NCBI GenBank assembly: GCA_016182235.1
Contig: JACOXT010000003.1
Location: 451,488-515,487, forward strand
Length of the DNA: 64,000 nucleotides
DNA from: Candidatus Levyibacteriota bacterium
GTDB lineage: Bacteria; Patescibacteriota; Microgenomatia; Levybacterales; UBA12049
Direction: 5' to 3'
The notes under the pieces were generated by a model, which saw only the letters and a list, made by a program, of their open reading frames with translations, searched no databases and had not been told where the DNA came from. Shown here piece by piece: positions 9,721 to 18,941 of the stretch. A program made the translations under genes and the position numbers. How positions within the stretch are numbered: the stretch's first letter is position 1; every line of letters starts with the position of its first letter.

Positions 9721-9772
9721 ATGACCCGTTCGGCTAACGCTCAGGGTCATAGTGAGTGAAATCGAATCTATG
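9721..9772 (+). promoter_or_regulatory. conserved hairpin-containing 5-prime leader element (copy 1) immediately upstream of the GT4 start codon
   Basis: ATGACCCgttcggctaacgctcaGGGTCATagtgagtgaaatcgaatctATG. Homologous to 22892-22940. Confidence 0.45.
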
Positions 9773-10987
9773 AATATTCTTCTTATCTCGTCATTTCTTC
9801 CTTATCCTCTGTTTACCGGAGGACATATTCGCTTATTTAATTTAATAAAGCTCTTATCAAAAAAACACTCAATAACACTGGTATGTGAAAAAAGAGAATC
9901 GCAAAAGCAAAATGATGTTAGAGAGTTAGAGAAATATTGCAAGATTGTTAGAGTGATTCCTCGAAGAAAGCAATGGTCAATGGGTAATATTTTAAAAACA
10001 GGTTTTTCAATTTCCCCATTTTTAGTAACTGGACACACGAGTAGACTTATGAAAGAGGAAATAAAGAGTCTAATTAGCCAAACTCAATTTGATTTGATTC
10101 ATATAGAAACATCTTATGTGATGCAAAATCTGCGCTCCGGTAAGCTAGGTATTCCTATTGTTTTAGTTGAGCATAATATAGAGTATCTGGTCTATAAACG
10201 ATTTGTTGACAATATGCCTTTATATCTTCGGCCGATTTTGTATTTAGATATATTGAAGCTAAAATACTGGGAGGAAAGGATGTGGAGAAAAGCAACTAAA
10301 TTAATAGCTGTATCAGAGTCTGAAAAGAAAATAATGAGTTTAGAAAAAAAGGACGTGGTAGTGGTGCCAAATGGAGTAGATGTTAATAAATATCAAATAT
10401 CATCCATTCGACAAGCTCAGGATAAAAATAGAAAAGAAGAGAAAAGAGTTCTTTTTATTGGAGACTTTAGATGGATTCAAAACAGAGATGCTCTTACACA
10501 AATTATTTTAGACATTTGGCCAAAACTTAGAGCAGAAGTTATACCTTCATTAACAGAGGGATTAAAACTTTGGGTTGTTGGGAGAAAAATACCAGACTCA
10601 ATAAAGAAATTAACAAGAGACAAAAGTATTTTTTTTGATGAAAATGCGCCCGCCGATACACAGCTTATTTATAAAAATGCTTATCTTTTACTTGCTCCAA
10701 TTAACGTTGGGGGAGGAACAAGTTTTAAGATCTTAGAAGCTATGGCTTCAGGCGTTCCTGTAATAACAACGCGTTTGGGAAACGCTATCGGGGCACAGGA
10801 TAACTTAGAGATTCTTGTTGCTCATTCCCCAAAAGACTTTGTGCAGAGAATTATTGAACTATTCGAGAATAAAGCTCTTTATAGTAAAATTTCTACAAAT
10901 GCGCGAAAACTCGTGGAAGAAAAGTTTAATTGGGATAAGATTGCAAACGATTTAAATTCTGTCTACGAATCTGTAGTATATGCTTGA
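9770..10987 (+). CDS. GT4-family glycosyltransferase
   Basis: N-terminal ILLISSFLPYPLFTGGHIRLFNL and C-terminal FKILEAMASGVPVITT. The ORF track uses GTG 9752, but ATG 9770 is the more likely start. Confidence 0.8.
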   Translation: MNILLISSFLPYPLFTGGHIRLFNLIKLLSKKHSITLVCEKRESQKQNDVRELEKYCKIVRVIPRRKQWSMGNILKTGFSISPFLVTGHTSRLMKEEIKSLISQTQFDLIHIETSYVMQNLRSGKLGIPIVLVEHNIEYLVYKRFVDNMPLYLRPILYLDILKLKYWEERMWRKATKLIAVSESEKKIMSLEKKDVVVVPNGVDVNKYQISSIRQAQDKNRKEEKRVLFIGDFRWIQNRDALTQIILDIWPKLRAEVIPSLTEGLKLWVVGRKIPDSIKKLTRDKSIFFDENAPADTQLIYKNAYLLLAPINVGGGTSFKILEAMASGVPVITTRLGNAIGAQDNLEILVAHSPKDFVQRIIELFENKALYSKISTNARKLVEEKFNWDKIANDLNSVYESVVYA

Positions 10988-11879
10988 TTTATCTATTATT
11001 ATCGTTAATTACAACACCAAAGAATTTTTAGAAGGATGTGTTGATTCGCTTCTGAATTCAATTTCAAAGAAAATTAATTATGAAATTGTTGTGGTTGATA
11101 ATGCATCCATTGATGACTCGCCATCGGCAATCTCTCGCCTTCGTCAAGACTTCGGGGGGAAAGTAAATATAAAAACAATTTTAAATAAGGAAAATTTGGG
11201 GTTTTCTAGAGCGAATAATCAAGGAATAAAAATTTCTCAAAACAGCCGATACATATTGTTTTTAAATCCTGATACTCTTGTCAAAAATGACACGGTCGAA
11301 AAAATGATCGAATTTATGGATAAGCATAAAGATGCGGGGGCTGCAACATGTAAAGTCGTTATGCAAAATGGGCAAATAGATGATGCGTCTCATCGCGGAT
11401 TTCCAACGCCTTGGAACGCTTTTTGTCATTTTGTAGGTTTTGAAAAAATATTTCCAAAGTCAAGATTATTTAGCGGATACACTTTAGGGTGGAAAGAATT
11501 TTCAAAAGTACATGAAATAGATGTTTTGGCCGGAGCTTTTATGCTAGTCAGAAGAAAGGCGGGAGAGGATGTTAGCTGGTGGGATGAAGATTATTTTTTC
11601 TATGGAGAAGACATAGAATTTTGCTATCAATTAAAACAAAAAGGATGGAAGATTTATTATGTGCCACAGGCTTCAATAATGCATTTTAAAGGCGTTTCGG
11701 GAGGAATAAAATCAGTTTCCAAAGATATTACAACAGCAAATCCAGAAACAAAAAGAATAGCAACAAACGCACGATTTAACGCTATGCGTATTTTTTATAA
11801 CAAGCACTACAAAAAAAAGTATCCACAGGTTGTTAACTGGTTAGTACATCTTGGAATTTCAATAAAAGAACATTTATGA
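10980..11879 (+). CDS. GT2-family glycosyltransferase
   Basis: LSIIIVNYNTKEF, VVDNASIDDS and a DXD-like FLNPDT. Confidence 0.8.
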   Translation: MLDLSIIIVNYNTKEFLEGCVDSLLNSISKKINYEIVVVDNASIDDSPSAISRLRQDFGGKVNIKTILNKENLGFSRANNQGIKISQNSRYILFLNPDTLVKNDTVEKMIEFMDKHKDAGAATCKVVMQNGQIDDASHRGFPTPWNAFCHFVGFEKIFPKSRLFSGYTLGWKEFSKVHEIDVLAGAFMLVRRKAGEDVSWWDEDYFFYGEDIEFCYQLKQKGWKIYYVPQASIMHFKGVSGGIKSVSKDITTANPETKRIATNARFNAMRIFYNKHYKKKYPQVVNWLVHLGISIKEHL

Positions 11880-13033
11880 AAATTGGTATTGACGCAAGAC
11901 TTTGGAACGAAGGAGGGGTAGGAAGATACATAAGAAATCTAATTAAGCAAATTCAGCCTTTAGATAAAAGTAATCTTTATACTTTGTTTGTTTTGTCTAA
12001 AGACTATGAAAGTATTAAGTACGAAGTATCAAGTATTAAGGAGGAAAATTGGGAACTTATAAAGACAAATATTCGGTGGCATTCGATTGAGGAGCAGTTA
12101 AAGTTTGCTAACATTTTAAACAAAGAAGAATTAGATTTGGTGCATTTTCCCTATATTTCGGTGCCGTTGAATTATCAAAAGCCATTTATCATTACAATAC
12201 ACGATTTAATTCCATATCATTATCCTTCTTCAAATGCTTCCGCTCTCCCTTTCCCTATTTACTTCTTAAAATTATTGGCATATAAATTTGTGGTGAGAGC
12301 CGCAGCAAGAAAAGCGCAAAAAATTATCGCGCCCTCAAATTTTACAAAAAAGGAAATTGTAGAACATCTAAAAATTGATCCAAGAAAAGTAATAGTAACT
12401 TACGAAGGAGTAAATAGTAAAATTACAAATTCAAAATCTCAAATTCCAAAAAAATCCCAAAATACTAAATACAAAATACTAAATACAAAATACTTTTTAT
12501 ATGTAGGAAACGCGTTTCCGCATAAGAATCTTGAGGTATTGATAGAAGCTTTCAATCTTTTCCGTCAAGAGCATCCTGGTATTTTTCTTGTCTTTGTCGG
12601 CAAGGAGGATTTCTTCTACAGTCGATTAAAAAATGAGGTTTACAAGCGTAAAATTTCAGACGTAGTTTTTTTACATAATATAATTGATGGGCAATTAGTA
12701 AGTTTGTACAGAAGCGCAATTGCATTTGTTTCACCTTCTCTTATGGAAGGATTTGGTCTGCCGGTTCTTGAGGCAATGGTAAATAGATGTTTGGTTTTGG
12801 CATCGGATATTCCAACACATCGAGAAATTTGTGGCAAGGTTGCCTTATACTTTGATCCTAATAATGTTGGGGATCTAACTCAAAAACTAGAATCCATTCA
12901 CTCTAATGATATGTATTATTATAGTGAAAAAAAAAGGGGGTTTGATCGAGCGAAAGTGTTCTCTTGGGAAAAGATGGCAAGAGAAACTTTAAAAATATAT
13001 GAAAGTTGCGTTGGTTTACGACAGAGTGAATAA
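11876..13033 (+). CDS. GT4-family glycosyltransferase
   Basis: C-terminal EGFGLPVLEAM. Contains the AT-rich in-frame insertion at 12418-12493. Confidence 0.8.
   Translation: MKIGIDARLWNEGGVGRYIRNLIKQIQPLDKSNLYTLFVLSKDYESIKYEVSSIKEENWELIKTNIRWHSIEEQLKFANILNKEELDLVHFPYISVPLNYQKPFIITIHDLIPYHYPSSNASALPFPIYFLKLLAYKFVVRAAARKAQKIIAPSNFTKKEIVEHLKIDPRKVIVTYEGVNSKITNSKSQIPKKSQNTKYKILNTKYFLYVGNAFPHKNLEVLIEAFNLFRQEHPGIFLVFVGKEDFFYSRLKNEVYKRKISDVVFLHNIIDGQLVSLYRSAIAFVSPSLMEGFGLPVLEAMVNRCLVLASDIPTHREICGKVALYFDPNNVGDLTQKLESIHSNDMYYYSEKKRGFDRAKVFSWEKMARETLKIYESCVGLRQSE
12418..12493. repeat. AT-rich ~70-bp in-frame insertion (A/C/T heptamer-like tracts) in GT4, homologous to the murE copy at 29515-29585
   Basis: aaaattacaaattcaaaatctcaaattccaaaaaaatcccaaaat... 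encodes KITNSKSQIPKKSQNTKYKILNTKY. The murE copy is aaaattccaaactcaaaatctcaaattacaaataaatccaaaatt. Confidence 0.65.
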
Positions 13034-14099
13034 GTGGGGAGGGGCGGAAAGAGTTTTGCTTGTACTTCATAGGATATTTCCAGATGCGCCGCTTTACACT
13101 TCGGTTTACGATAAAATAAATGCTCCATGGGCGAAAATTTTTGATGTTAAGACATCGTTTTTAGAGAATTTTCCATTTGCTACCCGCCACGAGCTGTACG
13201 CAACCCTGATGCCTCTTGCATTTGAAAGCTTTTCTTTTGATGACTATGACTTAGTCATTTCTGTTACTAGCGAGGCTGCGAAGGGAATAATTACAAAACC
13301 CAAAACAAAGCATATTTGTTATTGCTTGACTCCAACTCGATATCTATGGAGTGGTTATGAGGATTATTTTAGTAATCGATATTTTCGCTTCATATCAAAG
13401 CCAATAGTTTCATATTTAAGAACTTGGGATAGAATTGCAGCTCAAAGACCAGATGGATATATTGCCATTTCGAATGAGGTTAAAAATAGAATTAAGAGAT
13501 ATTACAATCGAGAATCAGAAGTAGTTTATCCCCCTTTGAGTGAAACTTTCAGTCAACTAGCGTCTAGCGCTCAGTTAAAAAATAAGAAATTAAACGCTGA
13601 ACGCTCGTATTTTTTGATTGTTTCGCGGCTTGTTCCTTATAAAAGAATTGATATTGCAATAAATGCATTTAATAGTCTTAAATTACCCTTAAGAATTGTT
13701 GGAGTAGGCTCGGAAATGGGAAGATTGAAAAGTATGGCGGGGCCATCGATTGAATTCCTTGGTAACTTGACTGATGATGAGTTAGTAGGATATTATAGGG
13801 GTTGTCGCGCTCTCATCTTCCCGGGTCTTGAGGACTTTGGGTTAACAATAGTTGAGGCGCAAAGTTTTGGGAAACCAGCCATAGCGTTTCGAGGAGGAGG
13901 AGCGCTTGAGACAATTATTGAAAGGAAAACAGGAATATTTTTTGATGAGCAAAATCCTGAAAGCTTAATTAATGCAATTAAACAATTTAGGAATACAACA
14001 ATTAATTCAGAGGACTGTCTTAGTCAAGCGCGAAGGTTTAGCTTTGATTCATTTAAAAAATCTTTTATGAGTACGTTAGGAACTAATACCCTGAAATAA
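12999..14099 (+). CDS. GT4-family glycosyltransferase
   Basis: N-terminal VYDRVNKWGGAERVLLVL and C-terminal EDFGLTIVEAQSFGKPAIA. Confidence 0.8.
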   Translation: MKVALVYDRVNKWGGAERVLLVLHRIFPDAPLYTSVYDKINAPWAKIFDVKTSFLENFPFATRHELYATLMPLAFESFSFDDYDLVISVTSEAAKGIITKPKTKHICYCLTPTRYLWSGYEDYFSNRYFRFISKPIVSYLRTWDRIAAQRPDGYIAISNEVKNRIKRYYNRESEVVYPPLSETFSQLASSAQLKNKKLNAERSYFLIVSRLVPYKRIDIAINAFNSLKLPLRIVGVGSEMGRLKSMAGPSIEFLGNLTDDELVGYYRGCRALIFPGLEDFGLTIVEAQSFGKPAIAFRGGGALETIIERKTGIFFDEQNPESLINAIKQFRNTTINSEDCLSQARRFSFDSFKKSFMSTLGTNTLK

Positions 14100-14122
14100 A
14101 TTCAGGATGACAATTTTAGTAT

Positions 14123-15205
14123 ATGAAGTTTATAATTTTCGCAGGAGGAGTTGGCACAAGGCTTTGGCCTCTTTCTCGAAAAAATAGTCCAAAACAATTT
14201 GAAAAAATTCTTGGCGACAAGTCCACACTTCAACTGGCAGTGGATCGGCTTCTTCCCGACTTTAGCGTTTCTGATATCTATATAGCAACGGGCGAAAGAT
14301 ACAAAGATGTTGTAGAAGAGCAGCTTACTTCAATACCGAAAGAAAACTTTATCTTCGAGCCAGAGACTAGGGATGTAGGTCCGGCTGTTGGCATGGCTTT
14401 GTCAATCGTAGGTGAAAAATACCCCAATGTTCCTGTCGCCATTCTTTGGAGTGACCATTTTGTTAAAAAGGAAAGACGATTTCGTGAGGTATTGCATTTT
14501 GCGGAAGACCTAGTTTCAAAAAACAATAATTCCCTTATTCTTATAGGGCAGCGCGCTAGATTTGCTAATCAAAATTTGGGATGGATTGAATTTGGCAACG
14601 AGATTAAAAATATTAGAGGAACAAAAGTTTTTGAGTTTAAGAAGCTGATTTATAGACCGAGTCTTGTTGAGGCAGAGGAGTTTTTAAAAAAAGAAAGATT
14701 TTCCTGGAATCCGGGATATTTTGTCACAACGCCTAAATTTTTATTGTCGCAGTTTGAAAAGTTTGCTCCTAATTTATGGAAAAGTCTTTTAAAAATACAA
14801 AATTCGATTGGCAAAAAAGATTTTGTCGAAGTTATGAATAAGGTGTATCCGACACTTGACAAAATAAGTTTTGATAACGCAATCTTGGAAAAAATAGACC
14901 CAAAATACGTATTTGTCATAGCATCAGATCTTGGCTGGAGCGATGTTGGAGCATGGGAAGCATTAAAAGAAGCTCTAGAGGTATCTTCGGAACAAAACGT
15001 AACAAAGGGGAAAGTGTTAATAAACGATTCGTTAGACAATCTTGTTTTTAACTATACTGATCAGCTGGTTGTAGGAATTGATTTAGAAAAAATGATCGTT
15101 ATCAACACCGACGATGTCTTATTAGTTTGTCATAAAAACTCCGTCCCCAAAATTAAGAAACTCGTTGAAGGTTTACAAAATACTCCCAACGTCCATCTCA
15201 CTTAA
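14123..15205 (+). CDS. mannose-1-phosphate guanylyltransferase (nucleotidyltransferase only, no isomerase domain)
   Basis: FAGGVGTRLWPLSR..PKQF is the canonical ManC/CpsB N-terminus. 360 aa. Confidence 0.8.
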   Translation: MKFIIFAGGVGTRLWPLSRKNSPKQFEKILGDKSTLQLAVDRLLPDFSVSDIYIATGERYKDVVEEQLTSIPKENFIFEPETRDVGPAVGMALSIVGEKYPNVPVAILWSDHFVKKERRFREVLHFAEDLVSKNNNSLILIGQRARFANQNLGWIEFGNEIKNIRGTKVFEFKKLIYRPSLVEAEEFLKKERFSWNPGYFVTTPKFLLSQFEKFAPNLWKSLLKIQNSIGKKDFVEVMNKVYPTLDKISFDNAILEKIDPKYVFVIASDLGWSDVGAWEALKEALEVSSEQNVTKGKVLINDSLDNLVFNYTDQLVVGIDLEKMIVINTDDVLLVCHKNSVPKIKKLVEGLQNTPNVHLT

Positions 15206-15206
15206 T

Positions 15207-15881
15207 ATGCCAAGTACTGAAGTGACAGAGATTAAAAAAAGTACGTCTTACCTTGTTGTCAAAAGAGCTATGGATATTTTTTTCTCAATTCTTTTGATTA
15301 TTCTATTTGCGCCTGTTATCATAATAATAGCAATAGCTATAAAGCTTGACTCCAAAGGGCCTATTCTGGCGGATACACCAAACCGTGTTGGTAAAAATGG
15401 CAAACTTTTCAAGATGTATAAATTCCGTTCTATGATTGACAATGCCCATGAGATGTTACGCGATAACCCTAAGTATTCAAATCTTTATAGCATTTATAAA
15501 AAAGGTAGTTATAAATTAAAAGACGACCCTAGAATCACCAAAATTGGGCACTTTTTACGTAAACATTCCTTAGATGAGATTCCTCAAGCTTTGAATATCT
15601 TAAAAGGAGAAATGAGCTTGGTTGGTCCCAGAGCTTACTATCCGGATGAATTACAGGAACAGCAAAAAAAATATCCTTATACTATAGATTCTGTTAAAAT
15701 TGTGTTATCTGTGAAACCGGGGGTGACTGGATACTGGCAAGTTTCAGGCCGTAGTGAAATAAATTTTGACAAACGAATACAAATGGATGCTATGTATGTG
15801 AAGAAAAGGTCAATTCTATATGATCTTTGGATTATTGCAAAAACTCCCTTCGCCATGATCACGGGGGTTGGTGCGTTATAA
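15207..15881 (+). CDS. polyprenyl-phosphate sugar phosphotransferase (bacterial sugar transferase, WbaP/EpsL C-terminal domain type)
   Basis: AMDIFFS..LLIILFAPVIIII..KLDSKGPILA..RVGKNGKLFKMYKFRSM and DEIPQALNILKGEMSLVGPR are hallmark motifs. The start is moved to ATG 15207 to avoid overlap with the upstream gene. Confidence 0.85.
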   Translation: MPSTEVTEIKKSTSYLVVKRAMDIFFSILLIILFAPVIIIIAIAIKLDSKGPILADTPNRVGKNGKLFKMYKFRSMIDNAHEMLRDNPKYSNLYSIYKKGSYKLKDDPRITKIGHFLRKHSLDEIPQALNILKGEMSLVGPRAYYPDELQEQQKKYPYTIDSVKIVLSVKPGVTGYWQVSGRSEINFDKRIQMDAMYVKKRSILYDLWIIAKTPFAMITGVGAL

Positions 15882-15923
15882 TAAGGATTGACAGGGCTTG
15901 TTGACTTTGGTTATAGTTAATAT

Positions 15924-17852
15924 ATGGAAGGTTTTAATAAGATTGATTTGGATAAAGTTAGGAAAAAGAAATGGCGTCTTTCTAAAAGAATGTTAGTTAT
16001 TCTTTCCGTTCTGGGGATATTGTTAATAATTTTCTCTTTTATATTAATTCCGCAGGTATCGAAAACCTACAAGGACGCGAAGAGCACTTTTGACCAAGTA
16101 AAAATTACAGTAGATGCTCTAAAAAAGCAGGATATTGAATTAGCATCTAAAGAGCTTGATAAAACAAAAATTGAACTTACCCAAACCCAAAAAGATCTTG
16201 ACTCCATGAGCTATTTCAGATTTGTCCCTCTGATCAACGTTTATTACAATGATTCACAGCATTTGGTAAAGGCAGGTTTTCATGGACTGGAAGCGGCACG
16301 AGTTCTCATAGATTCTATAGAGCCATATGTTGATGTGTTGGGACTAAAAGGTAAAGGAAGCTTTGTCTCAGGAACTGCCTCACAGCGCATAGAGACAGCA
16401 GTTACAACAATGGGGAAAATTACGCCTCATATAGATGACATTGTTAAATATATGGAATTGGCAAGAAAAGAAATTGATTATGTTGACCCCAGTCACTATC
16501 CTTCAATCTTTGGAGGGGATAAGATTAAAAAAGGATTGACTCAGGTAAGACAGATGACAGATCAGGGCGTCACGCTTATTGCTGACGCAAGGCCTTTAAT
16601 CAAGATTCTTCCGAGTCTTTTGGGCGATCCAAAGGAGAAAAGATATTTGGTGTTATTCCAAAACGATAAAGAGCTTCGTCCAACAGGAGGGTTTATTACC
16701 GCTTATGCTATTTTTAGAATAGATAAAGGTGTTATCCATGTAGATAGGTCAGACGACATCTATAACTTAGATAATGGAATAAGTGGAAAACCTACCGCGC
16801 CCGAGCCCATTCTTAAATACCTTCCCAAAGTTCCTGTTCTTAACCTTCGAGACAGTAATCTTTCTCCGGATTTTATAGAATCAATGAAGACATTTAATTC
16901 TTTGTATTCTAAAGCGCGGGGAGCAGTTGATGTCGATGGAATTATTGCTTTGGATACTAGCGTTTTAGTTTCAACAATTAAAATTTTGGACGATGAGGTT
17001 TATGCGGGAGGGATTAAATTCACTACCCAAAAGGATTCCCGCTGTAACTGCCCCCAGGTTATTTACGAACTGGAGCGTCTGATCTCGACTCCTAAAAGTG
17101 TTGATCTTAAAGTAACTACTCTTGCGGCAGTACAAGCTCAACGAAAAGATCTAATCGGGGTACTTTTGTATGCCATTATGGACAAAGCTCTCAAGTCCTC
17201 ACCAAAGCTGTATTGGGGGCCTTTATTCCAAGATATGTTAGCTCAGGTGGAACAAAAACATGTTATGTTTTATGTTTACAATAAGGACGCTCAAGGCGGG
17301 ATCGAAGCATTGAATGCGGCAGGAAAAATAAGACCATACGATGGAGATTACCTTCATATTAATCAAGCTAATTTTGGAGGAGCAAAGTCTAACTTATTTG
17401 TAGAGGAGGCTGTTAATCAGGATTACGAAGTGTCAGGAGATGGGGTCATAACAAAAAAAATCACTATAAATTATAAAAATCCTCATCCTCCGTCAGATTG
17501 CAACCTGGAACGCGGAAATCTTTGTTTAAACGCGGTTTTGAGGGATTGGATCAGAATATATGTACCAAAAGGGAGTAAGCTCCTTGATAGTCAAGGTTCG
17601 GAAGTTAAAATGACTTCTTATGACGAGCTGGATAAGACCGTATTTGAGGGTTTTCTTACGGTAAGGCCTAAGGGAGCTGCTGTTTTTTCTCTTTCTTACT
17701 CATTGCCATTTAAAGCGGCAGACGGAAACCTCCCCTTACTTATTCAAAAGCAACCGGGGACAAACGCGAATGAATACGTTATAAATGTCAAAGGCAAAGA
17801 AGTTAATAAATTCCCGCTCTTAACAGACAAAGAAGTAAGACTTAAAATATGA
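15924..17852 (+). CDS. N-terminally membrane-anchored large extracytoplasmic protein, DUF4012-like
   Basis: 642 aa with a single N-terminal TM helix followed by a coiled-coil. Such proteins commonly accompany cell-envelope glycan loci. The family assignment is from memory, not a search. Confidence 0.4.
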   Translation: MEGFNKIDLDKVRKKKWRLSKRMLVILSVLGILLIIFSFILIPQVSKTYKDAKSTFDQVKITVDALKKQDIELASKELDKTKIELTQTQKDLDSMSYFRFVPLINVYYNDSQHLVKAGFHGLEAARVLIDSIEPYVDVLGLKGKGSFVSGTASQRIETAVTTMGKITPHIDDIVKYMELARKEIDYVDPSHYPSIFGGDKIKKGLTQVRQMTDQGVTLIADARPLIKILPSLLGDPKEKRYLVLFQNDKELRPTGGFITAYAIFRIDKGVIHVDRSDDIYNLDNGISGKPTAPEPILKYLPKVPVLNLRDSNLSPDFIESMKTFNSLYSKARGAVDVDGIIALDTSVLVSTIKILDDEVYAGGIKFTTQKDSRCNCPQVIYELERLISTPKSVDLKVTTLAAVQAQRKDLIGVLLYAIMDKALKSSPKLYWGPLFQDMLAQVEQKHVMFYVYNKDAQGGIEALNAAGKIRPYDGDYLHINQANFGGAKSNLFVEEAVNQDYEVSGDGVITKKITINYKNPHPPSDCNLERGNLCLNAVLRDWIRIYVPKGSKLLDSQGSEVKMTSYDELDKTVFEGFLTVRPKGAAVFSLSYSLPFKAADGNLPLLIQKQPGTNANEYVINVKGKEVNKFPLLTDKEVRLKI

Positions 17853-18406
17853 GAAATCATAAAATTGAAGCAATTATTTTAAAAAGACGAAATTTGGGGG
17901 ACGCAGATAAAATATTAACGGTGTTAAGCAAAAACAATGGAAAATTTCAAGTAAAAGCTCCCGGCGTTAGAAAAATCACGAGTCGAAGATCTCCTCATGT
18001 TGAACTCCTCAACTTTTCAGAGCTGACCCTTTATTCGGCCAGAATTTCTTCAAATTTTTTGCCAACCCTTACAGGTGCTCATACGATCGAAGATTTTTCC
18101 AATATTAAGGACGATTTAGGGAAAATCGGTTATGCTTATTATATTTGCGAGCTTACCAATGGTCTTTGTGCTGAGGGTCAGGAAAACAAGGAGGCTTTTT
18201 CTTTGCTTAAGTCTACTCTTTATGAGCTTTGCCGGAATTTTGATTCAAAAAAAGTAGTTAGGTATTTTGAAAGAGAGCTTTTAGGAAGTCTTGGTTTTTG
18301 GAGAGAAGTTAATTTACTAAAAACTTATGACGGCCGGGAAGTTATAGAGAGAATTATAGAAAGAAAATTAAAGACTACAAAAGTAATTCCTCTTTTTACT
18401 TCTTAA
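17849..18406 (+). CDS. recO: DNA repair protein RecO
   Basis: The N-terminal OB-fold region (IEAIILKRRNLGDADKILTVLSKNNGKFQVKAPGVRK) matches RecO. 185 aa is a short form. Confidence 0.7.
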   Translation: MRNHKIEAIILKRRNLGDADKILTVLSKNNGKFQVKAPGVRKITSRRSPHVELLNFSELTLYSARISSNFLPTLTGAHTIEDFSNIKDDLGKIGYAYYICELTNGLCAEGQENKEAFSLLKSTLYELCRNFDSKKVVRYFERELLGSLGFWREVNLLKTYDGREVIERIIERKLKTTKVIPLFTS

Positions 18407-18941
18407 TTAAAGCAAGAAAAGTTGATAAATCTACTATTAGCAAAAAAAGAAAATAGATAGAATATATAATTGCGGTTGAAGCATTCACTTTCATAAAAGG
18501 AAAAAGAAAAAATAGAAATATAGCAGTAATTAAAAATAACCCTAAAAACGATGAGATCTTTGCGATTGGCCTTATCCTTAAAAATGTAAGACCCAAAGCG
18601 TTAATTGAGATTATTAAAGTGAGAACGACAAGCCCTAAGTGGTAAATTTCAAATGTTATTGGCCATGAAACACTTAAAAAACTTCCCATTGACTCAAGAT
18701 GTGTCGGAAATCTTAAAAACATGAAATTTGGCGGGGGAAAGACGTGGGGAGGGGTAACAAGTACAATTGTAAAAATAAGGATAAAAAGATATAAAAACCT
18801 TAATATATTAATGTTCAATTTTATATAACCCATATATGTTTTAAGGATATTATATGGGACTTTTAAAATCAATCGCTTATTGTTATAATTTAAAAAAGTG
18901 GAATCTTCTAATCTAATGGATAAAATTGTTGCTCTTTGCAA
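18396..18941 (-). CDS. hypothetical multi-pass membrane protein (uncertain)
   Basis: 181-aa ORF with about 4 hydrophobic segments. Fills the otherwise 490-bp recO-glyS gap. There is no homology anchor. Confidence 0.3.
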   Translation of the reverse strand: MQRATILSIRLEDSTFLNYNNKRLILKVPYNILKTYMGYIKLNINILRFLYLFILIFTIVLVTPPHVFPPPNFMFLRFPTHLESMGSFLSVSWPITFEIYHLGLVVLTLIISINALGLTFLRIRPIAKISSFLGLFLITAIFLFFLFPFMKVNASTAIIYSIYFLFLLIVDLSTFLALIKK

